Origin: Poseidonia sp. | Lineage (GTDB): Archaea; Thermoplasmatota; Poseidoniia; Poseidoniales; Poseidoniaceae | Direction of reading: 5' to 3' | Length of the DNA: 64,000 nucleotides | Assembly (NCBI GenBank): GCA_030829545.1 | Contig: JAURAI010000009.1 | Location: forward strand, 1,041-65,040 | Part shown: positions 18,017 through 25,956 of the stretch, one piece after another | Position numbering within the stretch: position 1 is the stretch's first letter | Layout of the letters: every line of letters starts with the position of its first letter | Position numbers and translations under genes: made by a program | The notes under the pieces: generated by a model | What the model was told of the DNA's origin: nothing | The model's database searches: none | Seen by the model: only the letters and a program-made list of their open reading frames with translations

Positions 18017-21000
18017 TTACGCCGAGCGATTCTTTGCGAGATTGCAAATCGCTCGTGATTGTTCAGCAGACCACCCGGTTTCTTGGAGTTGCATCAAAAC
18101 ACTTCGTTCATCCTCACCTTCCGAGATCGCGCCAACAACCCAGTCAACAGCAGATTCTCGATCGTCTTCTTGCCAGTCCTCAAAGATACTGAGATCAACT
18201 TGAATACGTGCCTTTCGAACCTTCGCAGAAGGTTCTGGTTCTGATGAGACTGATTTTTTCTTTGCGACCTTTTGAGCAGGTGCGCCCCGCGCAGGTGGGC
18301 CCCGCGCAGGTGGTTGACGGCCTGGAGGACCAGAGGACTTCTGTCGACCCGGAGGTGATTTTGGTCCTGCCTTTGGTGCAGGCGTGGAACGTGGTTGACT
18401 TGCTTGGCGAGGGCGAGATGCCATCGGGGAAACTCCTTTGCGATCGAGCGCATCAAGTACATTTTCTTCCTCGTCATCATCGTCATCGAAAAAGTAGTCA
18501 TCATCATCTTCATCCTCATCATCGTCTTCTCGTAGCATTCGTGCGATGATGAGGCCAACGAGAACAAGACCGAGCCCGCCACCGCCGATGATGACCATCA
18601 AGGTGCCAGCATCAAGGCCAAAGAGACCCGCTTCACCATCACCCGCTAGCGGAACATAAGGGCAACCGTCATCGTAGCCATCAATCCCTTTTGGTTGGTC
18701 TACACAATTGTCCTCGTCATCGAGAACGCCGTCACCGTCCGTGTCCCGTTCGGAGATATGGCATCCGAATTCATCCACCTGATTTGTTAAGCCGAACGGT
18801 GTATTTGGGCAACGGTCCGGGAATCCAGCACCTTCGATGAATTGTCCAGGGTCGTTGAGATTCAAGCGCTGGTAATAGGCATCGCGTGTTGCGTTCCAAG
18901 AAGCGTCTCCCCAATTATCACCAAAACTATCAAAATCAGTATCTTGCCATTGAGTAGGGTCTTCACGGGTTGAGGATGGTTCCATCTCATCGCGCCATCC
19001 ATCACCGTCGTCGTAACAGCCTTGGAAGTCTCTAAATGAGGTCCCTGCTTCATCGGGGCAATCATCTGCATTGGACGCTGGGTCTGGATTATCGCCGTAG
19101 CCATCTCCGTCGGAATCAAACCACTGGGTTGGATCTGATGGGAAGGCGTCACCGGTTTGATTGGTATGAAGACCCGTTTCATTGTCCACATCGTAGGTGT
19201 ACATGCCAGAATAGCCATCTCCATCCAAATCAGTGTCCAAGGCGCTTTCATCGGTGCAACCATTGTCGAGGATAGGGAAACCAACTGGTGTATCGTCACA
19301 GGCATCATCCAAATCCGACAAGCCATCGCCGTCGCTGTCTCGTTGACTTTCAGCACAACCGTTTGTGTCAACCGTTTCGCCACTTGGGGTTGCGGCACAG
19401 GCGTCTTCAGGGTCGTTGACTCCGTCACCGTCGGTATCAGAGGTCCGCTGTTCAATGCTGCATCCCTCCGTGTCAACAGACACACCTGTGGGAGTCGAAG
19501 CGCAAAGATCCAAATTGTTTTTCACTCCATCGTTATCATCATCGAGTTCTGATTGTGCACAGCCTTCTGCATTGACTGGTTCACCCACAGGCGTCGTGGG
19601 ACACAAGGTATCCAAATCGTTGATGACGCCGTCACCATCACTGTCAGCGATATCAATGAGACGACAGCCAATTCCGTCGGTGCCGTTGAGTACGCCAGCC
19701 TCGGTGGGGCATTGGTCGCCCTCGAATCCTGCCAATTGGTCGCCAAATCCATCGCCGTCGGCGTCTGACCACTGGCTGTCAAGGTAGGGGAAGGCGTCAC
19801 CCTGTTGATTTTCTCGAAGTCCAGATGTTGTATTCAGGTCGTAGGAATAGATGTTCGTGTAACTGTCACCGTCACTGTCCAAACAGCCAACTACTGGACG
19901 TGTTGAATTGCCCCAGATGTCTGAGCATCCGTCCAATTTGAGCCCCATTGCATTGGAGCCATTGTAGAGCGCAGTCCAATTATCGGGGAAGCCATCGCCA
20001 TCAGTATCGTTTGCAGCGGCTGGATAAAATTTGAACTGGTCCGGGTTGGTTGCGTTTTCGGAGTCGTTATCGCCGAATCCATCACCATCGCTGTCCACCC
20101 ATTGAGTTGGGTCAAAAGGCCAAACGTCCGCCCCATGTGTGATGTTCCATTCGAAGATCGTCCCCACGTCGGAGGTATCGCTTGAACCGTCATTGTCCGA
20201 ATCCAAGCAGCCGTTTCTGTCTCGCCAAGATTCTCCGTAATTCCATGGACAATAGTCGCCGTGAACCGTATCTGTATCGTTATTACCGTAACCGTCACCG
20301 TCATAATCCTCATATTGTGATGCGAGGTAAGGGAATAGATCTCCTGCCCCTGCGTTTGGGTCAAGCGGCACTGAACAGCAATCAACACCGTGGTTATCCC
20401 CAAAGCCGTCACCGTCAGTGTCCAAGGCTTGTTTCCAATTGCCTTTGAACTGGTCACCATCGTAATACGAGGCATCGTTGTCAGACCAACCGTCTTGGTC
20501 GAGATCTCCGCATCCATAGCGGTCAATCCATGATGTACCACCGACGTCATCACATCCATCGATGGAATCTTTGTAGCCGTCAAGGTCGTAATCCTCACAT
20601 CCGAAAATGAGGTATGAAGATGGACCATTGGTGGTTGGACAAGCGTCAGGAAGGGGGCCAAGGGCGTTGTCCCCGTAGTTGTCCCCATCCGAATTCATCC
20701 ACTGGTCTCCAACCGAAGGCATAGCATCCACCAAATCAAAGACCAAATCCCGGTCTTGGTCTTGATAGAGTCGCAGAATGATGACATCATCATTCACAGT
20801 GTCCCAGTAGGCCATATGGACCGTCCCGTTTGCGTCAACCATCGCGTTCAATTCTTCACTGACCACGACATCACCAAATTGGACAGACATCCACGGTGCA
20901 AAGCCCGAATGAACGCCGCTCAATTCTGCAGTATTGACGATAAGGTGTTGAGTCACAGGGTCGCTGGTCAACATCAAGATATGCGTCCCTGTGTGAAGGA

Positions 21001-24000
21001 CATCCCAAGCCCCGTCAACAGCAGCAGCAGGACGTTCCTGGATGGCCACCCAATGACCCGTACTGTTCATCGTCATCAAGGAGGAAACTGCATTCCCTCG
21101 TACGGCGAGAATGGGGAAAGCTCCTCCCTCGAGGTCCAAGCGGAACTCGCCTGTGATACCACTTGGTTGAGTTATGGTATGTTGAGTCCAATTCGCATCA
21201 CCTGGCCACTGTTCGTAGACGCTCAACGTTCCATCATTGGACAAGGTTGCGACGAGAATTGACCCGTTATTCAATTTCGCCATGTCAATGTGAACATCAG
21301 AATCGGTTCCGTTGGCGATGATACTTTTGCTAAGTGAGGCACCGTCATAGGTCCAAAGTGAAAGATTTGATTCACTCGCTCCGTCGTCTTGGGTGACCAA
21401 TGCGACGGCGAGTTCATCGTTCGCTAACAGCATCGTCGGGTGTTGAGAGGATACTGCTTCGCCTTCTTCACCCAGGGTGCTTAGCGTCCACGAACTGTCG
21501 CGAACGGCCAGCGCAAGTTGATCGGTGTCGCTGTGTCGATAGATGAGGTGCGGCACATCGGTACTGTTGACTTGAACGGAAATATTGCCCCCGAGAACGA
21601 CACTGTTACGCACCATTTCTGAGGTCCATCCATTCGTTCCATCGTAGGCTGAATAGAATATTTGCTGGCCAGCCCCCGTAGTGTAAGCAATTGCTTGTAT
21701 GCCATGCTGGTCAATTGATGACCCGAGATATTGTCCAACCGTACCCGTAGAAGCCACATTTTGTTGAACGGCCGTCATCGAACGGGTTGTGTGAAGATTG
21801 ATGGCATTCTCGTCTTGAGTGACCACTACGGGTTGTCCTGTTGAACGCGCCTTGAAAATGAAGGTCGTGTTGGTATTTGCATCATTGGTGACGGATTGAT
21901 GGACCCATTGCCCCGAAGGAGTCTGGTCTTTCATGTGCTCAAGTTTGATGAGGTGCATTCCTGTATTATCGGTGTACGTGAAAACAATGCTCGTTTCACC
22001 ACGATGCGCAGTGGCAAGGTCGAGTCCTTGGGCCGTACCTGAATATGGGAAGGAAATCGATTCCCAGTCACGTTCACTTAGTACATGATATTCAAGGCCG
22101 TATGCTGCTCCTTGTAGGCTATTTCGTGCTGAAAAGATCATTTCACCCAAACCATCCCCATTGATGTCACCCATGGCGACCATGCTCTGTCCAATCAGTT
22201 GGTTGCTTGTGCCCTGTGCGAGCAATTGAGGTTCTGACTGCAATCCAGCGGCACTACCGAGATAGATCTCAACCTTCCCCGATTGATCGCCGTTCAAGCT
22301 TGAGATGTAGACATCATCATAGCCGTCCTCGTTAATATCGCCCGCTGAAGCGATCGCTTCACCAATGCGTGAATTCTGCACGCTCGGAACAAGCGTCCAA
22401 TCCGGTTCGTTTTGGTAGCCGCTGTCGCTTCCGTCGTACATCCATAATTTACCACCGCCGAAGGTTTCTGTGCCGTTGTAGGGTTCGGTGATGATATGGT
22501 CGTCAAATCCATCGGCATGGATATCGTCAACACAGCGTACAAGATGGCCGAAGAGACGTCCTTGGATGTTAGTCTCGAGGGTATGGTCGGGGGTGCCATT
22601 GTATCCCGTGGCCGAGCCACTGAAATATTCAACAGATGAGTAATCCGGCGAAGACGAGTATGTTCCTACGTTGCTAATGATCAATTCTTGATGACCATCC
22701 CCGTTCATGTCACAGCCCTCAACTGAGCGACCAAACATGTTGCCATTCTTTGAGGCCGTCAAGTTACGTTGACTGGAAAGGTTGAATTCACCACCGTCAT
22801 AGAGATTGACTTTTCCAGTGAGCATTGATGCCCCGGAACCGAAAACGTGCCCGTACGCTGCTGCTGCAAGCATGTCTGCTTGCCCGTCGTGGACAAGGGT
22901 GGAAAGATAACTGCCCAAACGCTCTCCATTCAAGCCAGAAACAGACCACCATGGCATGGCTGAAATTCCCGATGAATTGCCGAGATAAACATGAACCTGC
23001 CCGTGAGTGAGGTTGGAATCGTTGGTTGGATTCCATCCGGGGAGGCCAACTGCAAGATCTTGAATTCCATCATGGTTGAAATCACCTGTATCCAAACCAG
23101 CACCGAAATGAGTTCCATTAGCCTCACCTGCTAGAATCATATCGGGAACCTCAGCGACACCACTTGAAGACCCGTAATAGATGTCGACGCGACCGTTCTC
23201 AACATAGGTCAGTAAACTGGCCTCTGGTGTAGCGATGATCAGGTCATCAAAGCCATCGTTGTTGAGGTCGGCAAATTTGATTGCTCCCTCAGAGGCGTCC
23301 TCTTCACCTGCCACAATTTGGGTTGGCGTTGGATTCACCCGGCCAGAATCTTGACCCGCTAAGGAACGGATGAGATTGATTGAAAAGGCATTTTCAGATT
23401 GCGTCATGGTAGCGACTTGCTCAATGTTTTGGTCATCCAAACCCATCCCAACTCCGTCAACAATCGTGCTATCTGTGGCCAGAATACGCAGGTCGTGCTC
23501 CGCACCATCAATACGTAGCAGGACCACCTCTCCAGAAGATGAACGGGTGTAGAGGATATGAATCAGACCTTGGTCGTCAATGTCAAGTTCGAAATCTTCA
23601 CCGACAGGCCCTGCATCCAAGAGATAATCCGTCCAATATGCTCCACTAAAATTCACTTGATGAAGGGCACCAGATTCTGTCCGCATCAATCCCCATTCAA
23701 GTCCTTCCGAGGTGATGTCCAAGGCAAGGTGGGTTGCATTCACATCTTCCATGATGGTCCGCGTGTGCCAGCGAGGGCCGTCGAAATATGTCGCACTCTC
23801 CCGAGCATATCGCCCCATTTTCAAGTCTGGACCATCAGCGTAAAGGACACGGGGCAACTCATTGGCGGTGATTCCAATTGCGCAATCCACCAGGTTTGTT
23901 GTATTGGTGGCCGCAACGGTATCCACAAGGCTGGAGGTCCACGTTCCAGAGGGGCGATGAACCGCTGTTCGAACGGGTCCTTCTTCTGTACTCCAACAGT

Positions 24001-24337
24001 AATGCTCCTTGTCGTGACGAGTCAATTTGAGGTCCGGAGTACCGTGGTTTTCGGTGCTTGAATTGTTCAACTCTTGACTGTGCCAATAATCAAACATTGA
24101 TTCTTCCTTCACCACGGCATTTTCCATACCATCAAAGGTGATGGTCGTGCCTGCAAAGTCGTGCCCGTACCCGGAGGTGGTGGTATACAGACTGCTTTGG
24201 CGAGGTGAATCATTTGCCTCTTCAAGCACCGATATTTCGTCGGGTAGAGCCAACATCGGTGACCATGAGGCCAGAAGGAACGTAAGGACAACAAGGACGC
24301 TTTTTCCAAATGTTCTTCGAGAAAAGGCGTCGGACAT
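18017..24337 (-). CDS. Giant (2106 aa) type-I surface protein: signal peptide, beta-propeller-like regions, integrin-alpha-like FG-GAP repeats, thrombospondin type-3 Ca-binding repeats, TM, 171-aa cytoplasmic tail
   Basis: FG-GAP units such as FGAGLDTGDFNHDGIQDLAVGLPG...GQVHVYLG. Dozens of DxDxDGxxDxxD motifs (DSDGDGFGDN, DTDGDGVNDPEDAC). TM MVIIGGGGLGLVLVGLIIARML. Confidence 0.9.
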   Translation of the reverse strand: MSDAFSRRTFGKSVLVVLTFLLASWSPMLALPDEISVLEEANDSPRQSSLYTTTSGYGHDFAGTTITFDGMENAVVKEESMFDYWHSQELNNSSTENHGTPDLKLTRHDKEHYCWSTEEGPVRTAVHRPSGTWTSSLVDTVAATNTTNLVDCAIGITANELPRVLYADGPDLKMGRYARESATYFDGPRWHTRTIMEDVNATHLALDITSEGLEWGLMRTESGALHQVNFSGAYWTDYLLDAGPVGEDFELDIDDQGLIHILYTRSSSGEVVLLRIDGAEHDLRILATDSTIVDGVGMGLDDQNIEQVATMTQSENAFSINLIRSLAGQDSGRVNPTPTQIVAGEEDASEGAIKFADLNNDGFDDLIIATPEASLLTYVENGRVDIYYGSSSGVAEVPDMILAGEANGTHFGAGLDTGDFNHDGIQDLAVGLPGWNPTNDSNLTHGQVHVYLGNSSGISAMPWWSVSGLNGERLGSYLSTLVHDGQADMLAAAAYGHVFGSGASMLTGKVNLYDGGEFNLSSQRNLTASKNGNMFGRSVEGCDMNGDGHQELIISNVGTYSSSPDYSSVEYFSGSATGYNGTPDHTLETNIQGRLFGHLVRCVDDIHADGFDDHIITEPYNGTETFGGGKLWMYDGSDSGYQNEPDWTLVPSVQNSRIGEAIASAGDINEDGYDDVYISSLNGDQSGKVEIYLGSAAGLQSEPQLLAQGTSNQLIGQSMVAMGDINGDGLGEMIFSARNSLQGAAYGLEYHVLSERDWESISFPYSGTAQGLDLATAHRGETSIVFTYTDNTGMHLIKLEHMKDQTPSGQWVHQSVTNDANTNTTFIFKARSTGQPVVVTQDENAINLHTTRSMTAVQQNVASTGTVGQYLGSSIDQHGIQAIAYTTGAGQQIFYSAYDGTNGWTSEMVRNSVVLGGNISVQVNSTDVPHLIYRHSDTDQLALAVRDSSWTLSTLGEEGEAVSSQHPTMLLANDELAVALVTQDDGASESNLSLWTYDGASLSKSIIANGTDSDVHIDMAKLNNGSILVATLSNDGTLSVYEQWPGDANWTQHTITQPSGITGEFRLDLEGGAFPILAVRGNAVSSLMTMNSTGHWVAIQERPAAAVDGAWDVLHTGTHILMLTSDPVTQHLIVNTAELSGVHSGFAPWMSVQFGDVVVSEELNAMVDANGTVHMAYWDTVNDDVIILRLYQDQDRDLVFDLVDAMPSVGDQWMNSDGDNYGDNALGPLPDACPTTNGPSSYLIFGCEDYDLDGYKDSIDGCDDVGGTSWIDRYGCGDLDQDGWSDNDASYYDGDQFKGNWKQALDTDGDGFGDNHGVDCCSVPLDPNAGAGDLFPYLASQYEDYDGDGYGNNDTDTVHGDYCPWNYGESWRDRNGCLDSDNDGSSDTSDVGTIFEWNITHGADVWPFDPTQWVDSDGDGFGDNDSENATNPDQFKFYPAAANDTDGDGFPDNWTALYNGSNAMGLKLDGCSDIWGNSTRPVVGCLDSDGDSYTNIYSYDLNTTSGLRENQQGDAFPYLDSQWSDADGDGFGDQLAGFEGDQCPTEAGVLNGTDGIGCRLIDIADSDGDGVINDLDTLCPTTPVGEPVNAEGCAQSELDDDNDGVKNNLDLCASTPTGVSVDTEGCSIEQRTSDTDGDGVNDPEDACAATPSGETVDTNGCAESQRDSDGDGLSDLDDACDDTPVGFPILDNGCTDESALDTDLDGDGYSGMYTYDVDNETGLHTNQTGDAFPSDPTQWFDSDGDGYGDNPDPASNADDCPDEAGTSFRDFQGCYDDGDGWRDEMEPSSTREDPTQWQDTDFDSFGDNWGDASWNATRDAYYQRLNLNDPGQFIEGAGFPDRCPNTPFGLTNQVDEFGCHISERDTDGDGVLDDEDNCVDQPKGIDGYDDGCPYVPLAGDGEAGLFGLDAGTLMVIIGGGGLGLVLVGLIIARMLREDDDEDEDDDDYFFDDDDDEEENVLDALDRKGVSPMASRPRQASQPRSTPAPKAGPKSPPGRQKSSGPPGRQPPARGPPARGAPAQKVAKKKSVSSEPEPSAKVRKARIQVDLSIFEDWQEDDRESAVDWVVGAISEGEDERSVLMQLQETGWSAEQSRAICNLAKNRSA
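18284..18313 (-). repeat. Perfect 15-bp tandem duplication (GCCCCGCGCAGGTGG x2) encoding PPARG-PPARG in the cytoplasmic tail
   Basis: Read directly from the sequence at 18284-18298 and 18299-18313. Confidence 0.95.
18623..20725 (-). repeat. Thrombospondin type-3-like calcium-binding repeat array
   Basis: aa ~1205-1905. Includes four near-identical units of about 35 aa, D-x-D-x-DG-V-x-D-x-x-D-x-C-x-x-TP-x-G-x-x-VD-x-x-GC, as well as DAFP-x-D-x-x-QW-x-D-x-DGDG-x-GDN modules. Confidence 0.85.
22088..23320 (-). repeat. About 6-7 tandem FG-GAP repeats (predicted integrin-alpha-like beta-propeller)
   Basis: A recurrent (F/I)G-x-(S/A)-x-x-x-GD(I/F/M)N-x-DG-x-x-(D/E)(L/V)-(I/V) pattern, followed by G-(K/R/Q)-V-x-(I/V)-Y-x-G, recurs about every 45-55 aa between aa 340 and 750. 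Confidence 0.75.
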
Positions 24338-24384
24338 AGCCTATACACATATGCCGACCTAGAAAATCATTGTTCAAGAAATCC

Positions 24385-24403
24385 TGACCCCCTATGGGGG
24401 TCA
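24385..24403. promoter_or_regulatory. Inverted repeat TGACCCCC-TAT-GGGGGTCA in the divergent promoter region
   Basis: Perfect 8-bp arms with a 3-nt spacer. It lies between the start of the giant adhesin gene (24337, minus) and the thiamine pyrophosphokinase gene (24464, plus). Confidence 0.45.
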
Positions 24404-24463
24404 ATCCCATCGGCGAAGGAGAACAACCGCTGACTTGAGAAAGGAGCTAAACCTAGGCTCTCC

Positions 24464-25129
24464 ATGGCTGAGGGTACGTGGTTGGTGGTAGCCAATGGAA
24501 CATGGCCTAACCGTGAGACTGTGAAGGCCCTTGTCCAAAAATCGCATCAACTGATTGTCTGTGACGGCGCATTAAACCGCTGGAGTGGGGACCTCAAGGC
24601 ACCCACGATCGTAATCGGTGATTTTGATTCAGTCGAACCCTCCTTCCTTGCAGAATGGGAAGCCAAAGGTAGCCAGTTGTTAAAAATCGATAATCAAGAG
24701 ACCAACGACTTGCACAAAGCCCTGGCTCACATCCACTCCATCGGAGCACTTTCATGTCTTATTTTGGGAGCAACAGGTGGCGACCCTGCTCATGAAGTTG
24801 CCAACCTTTTGACCTGCAGCACCCTACCGCTTGAAACTCGATGGCAAACTCAGACTCACGAATATCTCTTTTTCAATCCCGGAGCGCCATATTCTATAGA
24901 TTTTGAGGCGGGGCAAGAATTCTCACTTTTCGCATTGGAGAGGGCCACCGGAGTCACGCTCAAAGGGGCTCGCTTTCCTCTCGAGGATGAGCCCTTGATG
25001 CGCGGCTCAAGAGGATTGCACAATCAAGCGACGACTATGAGGATTGACTTGGCCTACGAAGCAGGCAATCTGATGATGATCAGGGCTCTTCAGGAAGAGG
25101 CCCCTTTGGAAGATGGGAACGAAGCATAG
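24464..25129 (+). CDS. Thiamine pyrophosphokinase
   Basis: LVVANG...LIVCDGALN...IGDFDSV...DNQETNDLHKAL pattern typical of TPK. Confidence 0.8.
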   Translation: MAEGTWLVVANGTWPNRETVKALVQKSHQLIVCDGALNRWSGDLKAPTIVIGDFDSVEPSFLAEWEAKGSQLLKIDNQETNDLHKALAHIHSIGALSCLILGATGGDPAHEVANLLTCSTLPLETRWQTQTHEYLFFNPGAPYSIDFEAGQEFSLFALERATGVTLKGARFPLEDEPLMRGSRGLHNQATTMRIDLAYEAGNLMMIRALQEEAPLEDGNEA

Positions 25130-25955
25130 CCGAATAGTCTTCAACGCCATCCCACGATTGTGATTTCTCATCGATTCGAGCATGCTCGAGTGTTTTCTCA
25201 AAGCCCCCCCAGTCCTCAATCAATTTGAGTTTGTGGGCCGCACGAGGTGTATAGCCTGGAAAGAAATTTCTCCAAAGGAAGGGGATTCGTCCTGGAGTTA
25301 CTTTGTTCACAATCCGAACGATGGATGTATTGCATGTTGTCAAAAGGGAATGGTACCATTCTGGAGACACCGCAAGGGAATTCAATTTCCCGATAAGCCC
25401 CATCAACAGATCTTTGTCTTTCCCAGGCGGTGTGATGGCCCTGAACATGTAATCTCGATTGCCCCGCCCGTGAGTTCGTAATCCAGTGACATCTCGTTCA
25501 AAGCCCACCAAGAGATAGAGCTCATAGGCTCTCCAGAACCCCTTCCAGGGATGATAACGTTCGCTTTTTTCTCGGCGAGCTTCAAAGGAAAAGGAGAGGC
25601 ATGTTCCGTCTTCAAATTCAAAGGTAAGATAGGTGTGTGCCATTCCATGAATTGAATGAAAGTGGTCAACCATGAACCATACGTCCTTGAGTTCATCAAG
25701 GCGAACTTTGACCTCTTCTGCCCAATGCTCATCACGGTCTCGTGTTGTACGCCATACAAAATCTCGAACCATGTGGAAGGTGATTTCGTTTCCATCGATG
25801 GTGGCAGTGGTCGCATGTTCACAATCGTTTTCCCAATGGAGGTCAAGTGAAGGTTGCAGGGGGCGTATTCGAGTCCACCACAGGTAGAAGGAGCGCAAGA
25901 TGACGAGCACGATGAGTCCGAGCAAGACGATTCCAATTCTCTCAAGCCAAGTCAT
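25080..25955 (-). CDS. Membrane-anchored DUF4105 (Lnb N-terminal domain)-like protein
   Basis: The start is placed at MTWLERIGIVLLGLIVLVIL, whose ATG lies 1 nt after the upstream stop and is preceded by GGGTGGGA. GMAHTYLTFEF and YHSLLTTCNTS resemble the conserved GHT-x-L and Y-x5-NC-x-T motifs of DUF4105, recalled from memory. Confidence 0.5.
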   Translation of the reverse strand: MTWLERIGIVLLGLIVLVILRSFYLWWTRIRPLQPSLDLHWENDCEHATTATIDGNEITFHMVRDFVWRTTRDRDEHWAEEVKVRLDELKDVWFMVDHFHSIHGMAHTYLTFEFEDGTCLSFSFEARREKSERYHPWKGFWRAYELYLLVGFERDVTGLRTHGRGNRDYMFRAITPPGKDKDLLMGLIGKLNSLAVSPEWYHSLLTTCNTSIVRIVNKVTPGRIPFLWRNFFPGYTPRAAHKLKLIEDWGGFEKTLEHARIDEKSQSWDGVEDYSAMLRSHLPKGPLPEEP

Positions 25956-25956
25956 C

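Noticed and set aside
18094-18582. 162-aa same-strand alternative-frame ORF and 113-aa opposite-strand ORF inside the adhesin tail region.
   Set aside because: They are artefacts of the GAT/GAA-rich and CCN-rich codon runs. The main frame is continuous with the TM and ectodomain.
18623-20725. Highly periodic DNA in the TSP3 regions (also 27527..29329), which could be mistaken for a CRISPR-like or satellite array.
   Set aside because: The periodicity is at codon level and sits inside long intact ORFs. The repeats are degenerate at the DNA level and have no unique spacers. They are protein repeats.
25080-25129. 50-bp overlap of the 3' ends of the convergent TPK and DUF4105-like genes.
   Set aside because: Convergent 3' overlaps are common in compact genomes, and nothing in the sequence suggests a special element. 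It is noted only as a possible source of antisense transcription.
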